Positions 49,139 through 59,122 of a stretch of DNA of 64,000 nucleotides are shown here, in pieces (the stretch's first letter is position 1; each line of letters opens with the position of its first letter). Made by a program: the position numbers and the translations under genes. The DNA lies in NCBI GenBank assembly GCA_030603365.1, contig JAUVXV010000015.1, forward strand, positions 32,001 through 96,000, in the 5' to 3' direction. The notes beneath the pieces are model-generated. The model did no database searches, was not told the DNA's origin, and worked only from the letters and a program-made list of their open reading frames with translations. Source of the stretch: Candidatus Heimdallarchaeota archaeon. GTDB taxonomy: Archaea; Asgardarchaeota; Heimdallarchaeia; Heimdallarchaeales; Heimdallarchaeaceae.

Positions 49139-51294
49139 TTATAAGCATGAGGAATTCTTTTTCTTGTTAAACACTAAGCTCTTTACAGTCACTGGAAAAG
49201 CTTGACCTGAGTAAAGTGGGGCACCGATGTCAATCCAGTCTCCCTCCTCTAGTTCTAATTCATCCATACAAATAAGGTTGTTCTGTAAAGATGTTTCCCG
49301 ACGAAGAGCGATTCCTACTGATCCACCCATATCTTGGTCAAAAATCAAAAGAATCATTTTTTTGTTAGCAATTGAATTTGGGAGAGCTTTTTCTATAGCC
49401 TTAGCGAAATCCGACAGATAAAAATTATTTCTGTGAATAGGATCCTTGAAGTATAAGGCAATTAGATCTTTACCCTCTTGCATATCAAATCTCTTAAAAG
49501 CTTGATTGACTTCTTCTCGAAGTTTCTTCGAACTAAAGTTTTCTTTTCTTATATTCACATTGATAACTGGGATATTTTCTAGGGGAATTCTATACTCTTA
49601 TCAAAATAACATGTGGATCCAGATACCGAAAGAGAAAATGATCCAGCACCAATGACTGTTGCCCTAATCTTGTTTTCAGGTTCAATCATGACCAAGTTGT
49701 GCTCATCCATTAAAGACTTGATTTCCTCAGCGAGATACAGTCCAATGTCATCATATACCTTATCATCACCATAAATCATCTCTGCCACTCCTCCTGAAAA
49801 GGAGAACTCATCAATTGGAATGGAAAAATCTAGATCACTTGTCATCATCAGTTCCTTAGCGATTGTACTTGTTGCTGGACCTCTCATCACCTCAACCAAA
49901 GCTTTTGCATATTCATGGGCGATAGTTCTAACATCCTCTTCAGAAATAGTGTCTCCTAGTTGATAATTCATCTTTAGCTCTTTCATAAGAAATTCCGTTG
50001 GTTCATCTATCCTCCAAATCTTGAAGTTTTCATCTATTCCTAACAACCGACCACCTATATTGATGCAGGAAGTACTGAGTACATGACCATTAGCTGCAAT
50101 TGCTAGATTACTGGTACCTCCACCCACATCTACATTCATTATTGTATTCTCTTTTTCGAGTGACATATCAACTATACCACTGCCCATAGCTCCAAGTAAA
50201 GATTCGAAATTTGGTCCTGCTGCAGCACTAACAAATTTACCAGTCTCTGAAGATAACCTTCTCACGATCTCTGCTGCATTCTGTTTCTTAGCTGTTTCTC
50301 CAGTAACTATTACAGCTCCTGTATCCACCATGCTAGACTTGATACCTGCTTTCCTATACTCCTTGACACAGAATTTTACAACAGCATCAATATCAATGGT
50401 ATAACGATCGATTAGGGGAGTATCAATTATATTTCCCTCATAGATAATTTTTCTATCAATCAGATGAAATCGATTAGACATATTCAAGAAGCTTCTCTCC
50501 CTTCTTAGGGTTAAACCTGAAAATACAAGATGTGAGGTAGAAGACCCAACATCTATTCCGACACTTAGCACCTTCAAATACTCACCAATATCATCCTTAG
50601 TGATAGATGAATGATCAGGAAATATTGTTGCTAATTTCCTCAAATCCGCCATTTTTGGAGATAAATGACCCATTAGATCACTTGCTGATTTAAGTGCAAT
50701 CTCTTCATCACTAATCATACTTGTAGATGAAACTTTGGTACCACCACTAATTCTTATTTCCATTTCCTTATCATGGTGTTTAGGTAATTCCAGTTTATCA
50801 TCAGATTTTAGCAGTTTTTCTTTCATATCTTCAGGGATATCAAATAATTGCTCACATATAGTACAGAAGAAACTGATAGTAGTTGTTTTATCACTACCAG
50901 GTACAACAGGACCATCTTCTTTTGGACGACTGATTTTATTCTCCATCTGTCGTCTAACTCCTGCTAAATTCACATCTTCGAACATATCTACCATCCAGTC
51001 ACATATTTCATCAAACTCTACCCCAGGTTCTAAAACAGAAGCTAAAGCTGGCTTAAATTCTGAAATAAGACGATAAAGACGTGCAAGATCAGTAACATCT
51101 ACTTGTTCATACTTCTGCAGTAAGGTTTCGTATTTCTTAGTAAATGAATCCTTAATATCAGTTGTATCTTGTCTATAATACCTCTCAAAGAATGAACCGA
51201 CCATCCCAACAGCAGACCATTTCATGGTTTTAATATCAATTTTCAAATCTTTTTCTCCATTAGAAACATGTGACATAATTGGCATTCTACTCAT
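49139..51294 (-). pseudogene. eutA: EutA (ethanolamine ammonia-lyase reactivase)-domain protein with N-terminal extension, split by a 1-bp frameshift
   Basis: SVGIDVGSSTSHLVFS, GAVIVTGETAKKQNA, FVSAAAGPNFES, DVGGGTSN and IRATVIGAG; the downstream ORF gives CMDEL...GDWIDIG.P...PVTVKSLVF. One extra C in the CCCC run (GGGG at 49582-49585) restores FPLENIPV. Confidence 0.85.
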
Positions 51295-51302
51295 CAGATA
51301 TA

Positions 51303-51342
51303 AATACATTATTATACTAAAATAATACATTATTGTATTGTT
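51303..51342. promoter_or_regulatory. putative operator in the divergent eutA / small-regulator promoter
   Basis: AATACATTATT twice (51303, 51324); imperfect palindrome AATAATACATTATTGTATTGTT at 51321-51342. Confidence 0.4.
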
Positions 51343-51350
51343 GAAATATT

Positions 51351-51683
51351 GTGACACGTAGAACTTTGATCGAAAGAGCTCATGCAATTTTTGAAATGAT
51401 TGAATACGAAGATGATCCTTTTCCTAAATCCAAACTACAAAAAGTTGGTTTAAATCCAACAACAGCAGAAAAATGGCTGGAGTTAATTACATTTATTCAA
51501 CGAAAGCCTAGAATTAGGCTGATAAAAACAAAATCTAGTACAATAATTGAACGTGTTGAACAGAAATATCATACTGTAAGCAGAGAAACATTCATGAACC
51601 CAAATAAAAGTTATAAAGAACGATTTCATGCTTTGAATGATTATCTCAGTGCTCTTATAACTACAGAAAGATTAAGAGAATAA
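51351..51683 (+). CDS. small putative wHTH DNA-binding protein
   Basis: KSKLQKVGLNPTTAEKWLELI helix-turn-helix-like segment followed by a beta-hairpin; divergent from eutA. Confidence 0.5.
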   Translation: MTRRTLIERAHAIFEMIEYEDDPFPKSKLQKVGLNPTTAEKWLELITFIQRKPRIRLIKTKSSTIIERVEQKYHTVSRETFMNPNKSYKERFHALNDYLSALITTERLRE

Positions 51684-51886
51684 CTTGTTTTGCTAACAGA
51701 CATTTGATTATCAGCTATAACTAATCTGAAGATAGAGATGTAAGCTTTAAGCTCAATTCCCAAAACTCTTTCTGTTTTTTCTTGTCAAAAGCTAATTTGT
51801 TTCTTTCAGTTTTTATTGATACAAAAGAATATGAGTATAAATAAAACAAAATATGCATTATTATTATTGAGAAAAACTAATTTAAC

Positions 51887-53368
51887 GTGAAAATTTATAT
51901 ATTATTTATCAATTATCCCATGATTCAAATGAAAATAATTAGAAAAAGGAATTTAATGGTATTAACATTACTAATTTCTTCTAGCTTAATTTTCTCTATT
52001 CGGAATAATAATCTAGATACCAACGCTCTTCCCAAGTACGCGATTGAGTGGAAGCCAATTGAAGTAATAACGACAGATAGTACAGGAGATTCACATGATG
52101 CAACTATAACTGTAGATAACGTAGGAAATGCTCACGTTGCTTGGATGGATAATACTGTACTTCTAGCAAGTGGTACAGATAAGGATATTTTCTACAAAAG
52201 ATGGGATAAAGCTTCGGATACATGGACTACAACTGAATTGATTTCTACAGGTAGTACAGATATTTCGGGTGATCCTTCTATTGTTGTAGATAATCAAGGA
52301 AATGTGTACATTGCTTGGGAAGATGAAACAGATGATTTCTTAAGCAGTGATGCAGATAAAGATATATTCTTTAAAAAATGGGATAAATCGACTGATATAT
52401 GGTCAACCACAGTTTTAGTATCAACTGAAAATACAGCAAGTTCTGCTTCTAATGGTCCTTCTCTAGGTGTTGATTCTGAGGGTAATATTCATATTGCTTG
52501 GTGGGATTCTACTGACTTTTTGGGTACAGATGAAGATCAAGACATTTTTTATAAACGTTGGAATGCTTCATTAGGAAGTTGGACATCAACTGAGGTTCTA
52601 TCAACAGGGAGTACTGGTGATTCAATATATCCTTCTATTGTTGTAGATACTCAAGGAAATGCACATCTCACTTGGAGTGAATTTTCTGACAACTATCTTG
52701 GAAGTGGTTTAGATGGCGATGTTGTTTATAGAAGTTGGAGAAAAGAAAATGAATCTTGGTTAGCAGCGGAGTTAGTTACAACAGATAGTTCTGCAGATTC
52801 AAGCTATTCTAATTTAGCAACTTATAATGGCCAACTAATTGATATGGTCTGGTATGAGCAAACTTCAGATCTAAGCAGTGGTATAGACATGGATATTTTT
52901 TATAAACAATTTAACACAGTTACTAAAACTTGGATAACTACAGAACTTGTATCAACTGAAAGTACAGAAGATTCTGCTTATCCAACAGTTGATGTAGATG
53001 GTTCTGGTAATTTGTACGTTGCTTGGACCGATTGGACCGACTATTTAGAAAGTGGTACCGACCAAGATATATTCTACAAAAACCGTAATGCTACATCAGA
53101 AAGTTGGTCAACAACAGAAATTGTCTCAACAGAAAGTACAGGATTGTCAGATTTCTCTTCTATATCTGTAAATGATGAAGGTTTGACATATATTGTTTGG
53201 AGAGACTATACAGATTACCAAGGAAGTGGTACTGACTCAGATATTTTCTTTTCAAGTACACATGATCCAGATGATCCAGATACTAGCAAATCTCCGTTTG
53301 TTTTTCTATTCAGTGTTCTAGCAATGATTGGATTGGCATCTCTTGTAGTAATCAAAAACAAAAGATAA
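51887..53368 (+). CDS. surface beta-propeller protein (~59-aa repeats) with SPF-TM-basic anchor
   Basis: Seven repeats of S..PSI.VD..GN.HIAW.D.T....SG.D.DIFYK.W......W.TTELVST; KSPF-TM-KNKR. Confidence 0.8.
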   Translation: MKIYILFINYPMIQMKIIRKRNLMVLTLLISSSLIFSIRNNNLDTNALPKYAIEWKPIEVITTDSTGDSHDATITVDNVGNAHVAWMDNTVLLASGTDKDIFYKRWDKASDTWTTTELISTGSTDISGDPSIVVDNQGNVYIAWEDETDDFLSSDADKDIFFKKWDKSTDIWSTTVLVSTENTASSASNGPSLGVDSEGNIHIAWWDSTDFLGTDEDQDIFYKRWNASLGSWTSTEVLSTGSTGDSIYPSIVVDTQGNAHLTWSEFSDNYLGSGLDGDVVYRSWRKENESWLAAELVTTDSSADSSYSNLATYNGQLIDMVWYEQTSDLSSGIDMDIFYKQFNTVTKTWITTELVSTESTEDSAYPTVDVDGSGNLYVAWTDWTDYLESGTDQDIFYKNRNATSESWSTTEIVSTESTGLSDFSSISVNDEGLTYIVWRDYTDYQGSGTDSDIFFSSTHDPDDPDTSKSPFVFLFSVLAMIGLASLVVIKNKR

Positions 53369-53470
53369 TTTTTATTCTTTTTTTCTTTTTTTTTATCTAA
53401 GAAATTTTCTTTAAGATTCAAGAATATAGATAAATGAGTACTAATTAGTTAAAATTTTCATTAGAAGTAA

Positions 53471-54325
53471 TCAAATCAAATCAGAAGACAAACCTGTAAG
53501 TGACATACTTAAATCCCACAATTCTTTCTGTTTCTTCTTATCAAAAGCCAACTCATTTGGCTCTCTCTCTTTCATTATGTGATAATATTTGCCTGTGACA
53601 TTTTCAACTTCAGGTGAGGAAGCTAAATAAACTGATGTCTCAGCTCCTTCTTCTAGGGGTTTTGCTTTTCTTTTAACTATGGGATTTAGAGGTTTAAGTA
53701 GAAAATGGTTTAACCCAATATCTGTTCGTATATATCCTGGATGAAGACAGTTGGCACTGACACCTGTTCCCTTTAATTTCTCTGCCAACAAGAAAGTAAA
53801 CATAATATTGTATATCTTAGACTCAGCATAAGCAGTTAACAACCTATATTTTCTTCTTTCCCAATTATAATCATCCAGCTCTAATTTTTTCACTTTGTAA
53901 TTTGAGCTTGAAGCTACATTTACAATTCTTGAATAATCACTAGCTTTGACTAAATCTAGAAGTTGTAGAGTTAAACTGAAGTACCCTAGATGGTTGACTG
54001 CAAAAGTTGCTTCTATTCCATCTTCAGTCATTGTTTTCTTAAGAAAGACAGCACCATGGTTATTTAATAGAACATCAATTTTTTTATGCTTCTTTTTAAA
54101 ATTCTTAACAAAGTTATTAATTGATTTCAAAGAGGAAAAATCACAAAGCATTAAATCTAAATTGTTATTCTTTGATAATTTCTTGATTTCTTGAAGAGTT
54201 TTCTTTCCCTTTTTTTCATTTCTGCACACTAATATTACATGAGCTCCCATTTCTGCTAGTTCTTGAGTAGTTACTTTCCCTATTCCTGCATTAGCACCTG
54301 TAACAATAACAATTTTATCTTTCAT
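53471..54325 (-). CDS. short-chain dehydrogenase/reductase (retinol dehydrogenase-like)
   Basis: TGANAGIG, FAVNHLGYF, YAESK and LHPG. Confidence 0.9.
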   Translation of the reverse strand: MKDKIVIVTGANAGIGKVTTQELAEMGAHVILVCRNEKKGKKTLQEIKKLSKNNNLDLMLCDFSSLKSINNFVKNFKKKHKKIDVLLNNHGAVFLKKTMTEDGIEATFAVNHLGYFSLTLQLLDLVKASDYSRIVNVASSSNYKVKKLELDDYNWERRKYRLLTAYAESKIYNIMFTFLLAEKLKGTGVSANCLHPGYIRTDIGLNHFLLKPLNPIVKRKAKPLEEGAETSVYLASSPEVENVTGKYYHIMKEREPNELAFDKKKQKELWDLSMSLTGLSSDLI

Positions 54326-54344
54326 TATAATAAATAGAAATTAA

Positions 54345-54376
54345 GTCATTTATTAATTTGTGTCATTTATTAATTT
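54345..54376. repeat. 15-bp direct repeat GTCATTTATTAATTT x2
   Basis: 54345-54359 and 54362-54376, in the divergent SDR/ABC intergenic region. Confidence 0.7.
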
Positions 54377-54387
54377 TTAACAAAGTA

Positions 54388-54414
54388 TACAAAAGAGGAG
54401 CTTAGTGCAAGGTT
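54388..54414 (+). repeat. dispersed repeat copy D (TACAAAAGAGGAGCTTAGTGCAAGGTT), degenerate
   Basis: Matches the terminal ~27 bp of copies A-C. Confidence 0.55.
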
Positions 54415-54464
54415 TTATGTCTAGAAACTTAGTTCAAAACTTAAACTACAAGCTTTGAAATGAT

Positions 54465-55241
54465 TTGGTTACCATTATAAGTGTTTCATACTATTCATTT
54501 CTAATGTTAGAAAAGCAAACAGAATTAGCAGTTGCTACTAAAGACTTAGTAAAAAATTTTGATTTACCCGGTAGAGATAGTGTTCATGTTCTAACAGGAT
54601 TGAACTTAGAAATATATCGAGGTGAGTTTATTGCTATTATGGGACCAAGTGGGAGTGGAAAATCTACCCTCATTAATATTTTATCAACTTTAGAATATTT
54701 AACAACTGGTGAAGTGATTATTGATGGAATACAATTAAACAATTTGAAAACTAATGAACTTCTCAATTTTAGAAGATCTCGTTCTGCTATTATTTTTCAG
54801 AATTTCGCTCTAATTGACTATTTGACAGCTTTAGAGAATGTCAAGCTTCCTTTGATAGTCAGAGGAATCTCTCATAAAGAAGCTGAAACAAAAGCATTAC
54901 AATTACTAGAAACAGTCGATTTGTATGCACGTAAAGACCATCTACCAGAGGAACTAAGTGGAGGAGAGCAACAGCGTGTAGCAATTGCAAGAGCTTTGGC
55001 TCATGAACCAAGTATTATCTATGCTGATGAACCTACTGGTAATTTAGATGCTGTTACTGGAATGAAAATAATTCAGCTTTTTAAAGACATTAGTCATAAG
55101 ACGGGAATCACCATAGTCATCGTAACTCACGATCATAATGCTGCAAGAGAAACAGATAGAGTATACATCCTTCAAGAGGGTAAGGTGTTTGAAGAAAAAT
55201 CAAAGAAGATAAAGAAAAGAACTTCTAAGAAGAGGCATTAA
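54465..55241 (+). CDS. ABC transporter ATP-binding protein (LolD/MacB type)
   Basis: GPSGSGKS, LSGGEQQRVAIARAL, ADEPTGNLD and VTHD. Confidence 0.95.
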   Translation: MVTIISVSYYSFLMLEKQTELAVATKDLVKNFDLPGRDSVHVLTGLNLEIYRGEFIAIMGPSGSGKSTLINILSTLEYLTTGEVIIDGIQLNNLKTNELLNFRRSRSAIIFQNFALIDYLTALENVKLPLIVRGISHKEAETKALQLLETVDLYARKDHLPEELSGGEQQRVAIARALAHEPSIIYADEPTGNLDAVTGMKIIQLFKDISHKTGITIVIVTHDHNAARETDRVYILQEGKVFEEKSKKIKKRTSKKRH

Positions 55242-55242
55242 A

Positions 55243-58029
55243 ATGAAGAAAACAAATCTCTTTTCATACATTGGTTACGCATTACATTCAATTCGCTCAT
55301 ATAAACGAAGGAATTTATCAATAAGTGCTGGGATAATTCTAGGAGCGGCTATTTTTTCAAGTATTTTCTTTTATGGAGCATTAGTTGATACTATAGCTGT
55401 TCAAGACATAATAAACGATATTGAAGCTGAAGTAATTTTCTGTCCAAATGATGAAGCAAATATAACAGAAACTCCCTCTGAATTAGCTGAATCATTAATG
55501 ATTAATGAAGAGTTTCTAGATACAACTACATTCTATGGTCAGAATCCTTGGGGTAACATATATTATTTAACGGATTTAAATTTATTAGATAAAAATGAAA
55601 CACAGATCAATAACTTCCCCTTGGTAGATAATTTTGAACCATTTATATTTAATTCAGCTGATCAAGAAGGAGATATAATTCAGCAGATTAAACTTGTAAA
55701 AGGGGAACTTAATTTCAGTGATGGTGGGTGCATATTATCAGATAAAATTAGACGAACACATGGTTTTTCTATAAATGATACTCTTAATTTTAATATGACT
55801 ATCGCGGGACTCTTTATTCATCCCAATGGATATACTTTAACAACAGTATATTATTCTCTCATCAATCTTACTGTATCAGGATTTTTTCAATCAGAGCTCT
55901 TTGACGATGATTCTGCAATTTTTTCAACACAGGATTTGAATCCTGAATTAATGGATCAATTAATTGGATACAAACTATATAGTATTTTTTCTAGACTAGA
56001 TTACTCTAAGTTACCAGTTAGTGATTTACAGGCATTAAATAAGAAAATTGATAATTTAGTACAAAAAATTGAGATTCAAACCGAAGGAAAGTTGTTAGGA
56101 ACCAATGTTATTTCGGAGTTACTTGGAGAAAATCAAATAAAAATCATCATTATGCAACTAATTGATACTATACTCTATATTCCCGCAATATTCCTTTCTT
56201 TAATTCTAACTGCTTCAGGCACTGACTTATCTTTACAAGAAAGAAAACACGAAGTTGCGTCTTTAAAAGCACAAGGAGCAAGTTCAAAACAGATCAAGCA
56301 AATGATTTACACTGAAGTGATAATTATAGGAATAATTGCATCAGTTATTGGAATAATTTTAGGAACATTAATTGCTTCAGTTGTGTTATCCATTTCACGC
56401 TTTATGACATTAGATTTCTCTACCTTTGGCGAATCATTTAGAACAATAAGTATTACTCCTCTTTCAATTCTAGGTACAATTTTAATATCAATGGGAATAT
56501 CATTAGTCACAACATCTCTAAAAACTAAAACTTTTATTGCTCAAGAAGTTGTTGAAGGTAAAACAATAGAAAAGAAGAAACCTAATTTGTTCAAAAAAAT
56601 ATATGGTGATTTCATATTTTTATTTATAGGTTTATTAGGTGTTATTCTAAATCTCATTCAAGATCTAAATCCTGAGATGTCTTTTGGTTTTTCTTCAATT
56701 TTACTACAATTCATTTCTCCTATATTTCTATGGTTTGGTGCAGCATTTATAGCAAGCCGAGTAGCAACTACAATTCCAAAAATTCTAGATAGATTCATCA
56801 TCAAAATTTTCAAAGATATTGGAATGTTAATAAAAGGGAGTTTAAGCAGAAGAAACCAACATTTTCCCAGAATAACAGTTCTTCTTTGTTTATCTATTTC
56901 ATTAAGTGTATTAGCAACTATTCAAGGACATACTGGAGATCAAGCTTTAGATAGACAAGCTGAATACATTACAGGCGGAGATTTGAAAATAGAAATTTAC
57001 ACTTCATCACTTATTCTGTCAGAAACAAACTTCACAGGTTTTGAAGATCAAATAGAGTCAGTGGTTCCTATTTTCTATGCAAACTTACAATTCTCAATAT
57101 CCTCATCCTATTATCGTACTGCTCATTGTTATGGGACGAATATTTCATTATACAAAGAAAATGCTATTTGGCATAGAGATTCTCTTGTAAATTATGATGA
57201 TTGGGAAGAAGGTTTATCTCTAATAGAGGCTAATCCTACAGAAACAATTGCTGTTGACAAAGAAGCTAAGGAAATTATTGATGTAACACAAAATTCCACT
57301 CTATTCTTCGTAAGTCGAGATTCTTATCTACCATCAGCATCTGCAAATGCAGAGGTTATTTTTGACCATATTCCTGCAATAGAAAATACGGCTATATATT
57401 CTAACGATGTTAACGTCTTAGCTGATACTGAATTCCTTCTAACAAACTTCTTGAACGATACTAGATTAATTCGAGCAATTATTAATCTGAAACCAGGAAT
57501 TGATAAAACTACTAGTGAACTACAAATAGAATTGCTTGAATCATTTGAATGGATAGGTGAAGTATATACCTATGAAGATGTACTTAATGAAGTAGAAGAT
57601 GTCCAAGGTAGATTTTATGGTATTCCTGGATTGCTTTCTATTGATTATATAATCTCCATTACAACAATACTAATTGGAGTATCTACTTTTATGTTTATGA
57701 TCATAAACAAAAGAAAAAGAGAATTTGCAATTTTGATATCGGAAGGTACTTCTAAGAAACAGTTGATCAAATTAGTTTTATGTGAAATACTATCTATAGC
57801 AATATTCTCAATATTATTTGGATTTGTTATAGGATTCTTATCAGCTTACCAGTTCAATAGTTTCTTTGATGTGTTTGATCTTGCTACATTTAACAGATTG
57901 TTGTATATACCTGTGATATCTCTTGTAATTACGTTAATCAGCTCGTTTGTAGCAATTATACTAGCTACTTTAATTCCAGCATTTTTTGCTTCAAGAATCA
58001 AAGTGGTAGAGGAGATGAGAACTTTCTAG
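55243..58029 (+). CDS. FtsX-like ABC permease (two FtsX repeats)
   Basis: ERKHEVASLKAQGAS and KRKREFAILISEG FtsX motifs; multiple TM segments. Confidence 0.9.
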   Translation: MKKTNLFSYIGYALHSIRSYKRRNLSISAGIILGAAIFSSIFFYGALVDTIAVQDIINDIEAEVIFCPNDEANITETPSELAESLMINEEFLDTTTFYGQNPWGNIYYLTDLNLLDKNETQINNFPLVDNFEPFIFNSADQEGDIIQQIKLVKGELNFSDGGCILSDKIRRTHGFSINDTLNFNMTIAGLFIHPNGYTLTTVYYSLINLTVSGFFQSELFDDDSAIFSTQDLNPELMDQLIGYKLYSIFSRLDYSKLPVSDLQALNKKIDNLVQKIEIQTEGKLLGTNVISELLGENQIKIIIMQLIDTILYIPAIFLSLILTASGTDLSLQERKHEVASLKAQGASSKQIKQMIYTEVIIIGIIASVIGIILGTLIASVVLSISRFMTLDFSTFGESFRTISITPLSILGTILISMGISLVTTSLKTKTFIAQEVVEGKTIEKKKPNLFKKIYGDFIFLFIGLLGVILNLIQDLNPEMSFGFSSILLQFISPIFLWFGAAFIASRVATTIPKILDRFIIKIFKDIGMLIKGSLSRRNQHFPRITVLLCLSISLSVLATIQGHTGDQALDRQAEYITGGDLKIEIYTSSLILSETNFTGFEDQIESVVPIFYANLQFSISSSYYRTAHCYGTNISLYKENAIWHRDSLVNYDDWEEGLSLIEANPTETIAVDKEAKEIIDVTQNSTLFFVSRDSYLPSASANAEVIFDHIPAIENTAIYSNDVNVLADTEFLLTNFLNDTRLIRAIINLKPGIDKTTSELQIELLESFEWIGEVYTYEDVLNEVEDVQGRFYGIPGLLSIDYIISITTILIGVSTFMFMIINKRKREFAILISEGTSKKQLIKLVLCEILSIAIFSILFGFVIGFLSAYQFNSFFDVFDLATFNRLLYIPVISLVITLISSFVAIILATLIPAFFASRIKVVEEMRTF

Positions 58030-58037
58030 GTGATAAA

Positions 58038-59051
58038 ATGGTTAACAGTGTAAAAAATAATAATTCTGAACTCCAACCACTACCAGAAAATCTTTCCAAT
58101 CAAATTATGGATGTCTATCATGTTTATGGAATGAAGCTTCAAAACAAGGTTGTAGCTCTAAAAGGAGTATCTTTCGACATTAAAAAAGGTGAAATCTTAG
58201 GAATTGTAGGTCCTAGCGGATCAGGTAAATCCACTCTTCTGCTTGCACTTGGAGGAATGTTGAAACCAACAGCAGGCAGAATTATTTATCCTGATGGTAC
58301 TGATATTTCAAAGCTTCCTGAGGAGAAAATGTATACTTTCAGGAGAAACAATATTGGATATGTTTTTCAGGAACACAATCTGATTAATCATTTATCAGCT
58401 GAAAAAAACATAGAAATGCCTATGAAACTTAATTTTATCCCTCAGAGTGAGAGAAAGAAAAAATCTAATGAACTTATGAAAAGATTGGAAATTAATCATA
58501 GAAAAAATCATACTCCTAGTAAACTATCAGGAGGAGAAATTCAACGTGTAGCTATTGCAAGAGCTTTAGCAAATGAACCACAGTTAATTTTAGCAGATGA
58601 ACCTACAGGAAACTTAGATGCGGAAAAATCTTTACAGATTCTGGAGTTATTCAAAGATTTATCAGATGAAATGGGAACTTCTTATCTAATTTGTTCTCAT
58701 GATCCTATAGTAGCTGAATATTCAGATAGATCTTTAGAAATAAATGATGGAATTATTATTAGAGAACATGGTCTTGGGATTGACTTAATGGATTTAGATA
58801 GTTCAAGATTGCTAGTTATGGATAATCAAAACAGAATTACTCTTCCAGAAGATGCCGTAGAAGAGGTTGCAGGAGCGTTTCTATACACCTGGAAAGTAAA
58901 GGATAAAGGAATCTTCTTAGAACCTTTAGGAAGTGAAACAACTATAGATACTCAGAAAATAAAGTTTTGTCCAAATTGCAATCTGGAAATACCTCCAAGA
59001 ACCTACTCTTGTCCAAGATGTGGAGCTAAACTTTCAAGAATAGTACGCTAA
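58038..59051 (+). CDS. ABC ATP-binding protein with C-terminal AbrB-like segment and zinc ribbon
   Basis: GPSGSGKS, LSGGE and DEPTGNLD; LVMDNQNRITLPE; CPNC...CPRCG. Confidence 0.9.
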   Translation: MVNSVKNNNSELQPLPENLSNQIMDVYHVYGMKLQNKVVALKGVSFDIKKGEILGIVGPSGSGKSTLLLALGGMLKPTAGRIIYPDGTDISKLPEEKMYTFRRNNIGYVFQEHNLINHLSAEKNIEMPMKLNFIPQSERKKKSNELMKRLEINHRKNHTPSKLSGGEIQRVAIARALANEPQLILADEPTGNLDAEKSLQILELFKDLSDEMGTSYLICSHDPIVAEYSDRSLEINDGIIIREHGLGIDLMDLDSSRLLVMDNQNRITLPEDAVEEVAGAFLYTWKVKDKGIFLEPLGSETTIDTQKIKFCPNCNLEIPPRTYSCPRCGAKLSRIVR

Positions 59052-59122
59052 AAGTATTTATAGTGAGTCTAGAGCTTCAATTGATTGTAATGAATACTTT
59101 TTAGATATTAACAATTTGTGGG

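Noticed and set aside
51295-51387. ORF-track start of the eutA ORF at 51387
   Set aside because: It overlaps the divergent gene and runs through the AT-rich promoter; the real start is more likely 51294-51276.
25447-54414. Palindromic repeats as a CRISPR array or integron attC sites
   Set aside because: Copies are kilobases apart, there are no cas or intI genes, and there are no paired RYYYAAC/GTTRRRY boxes.
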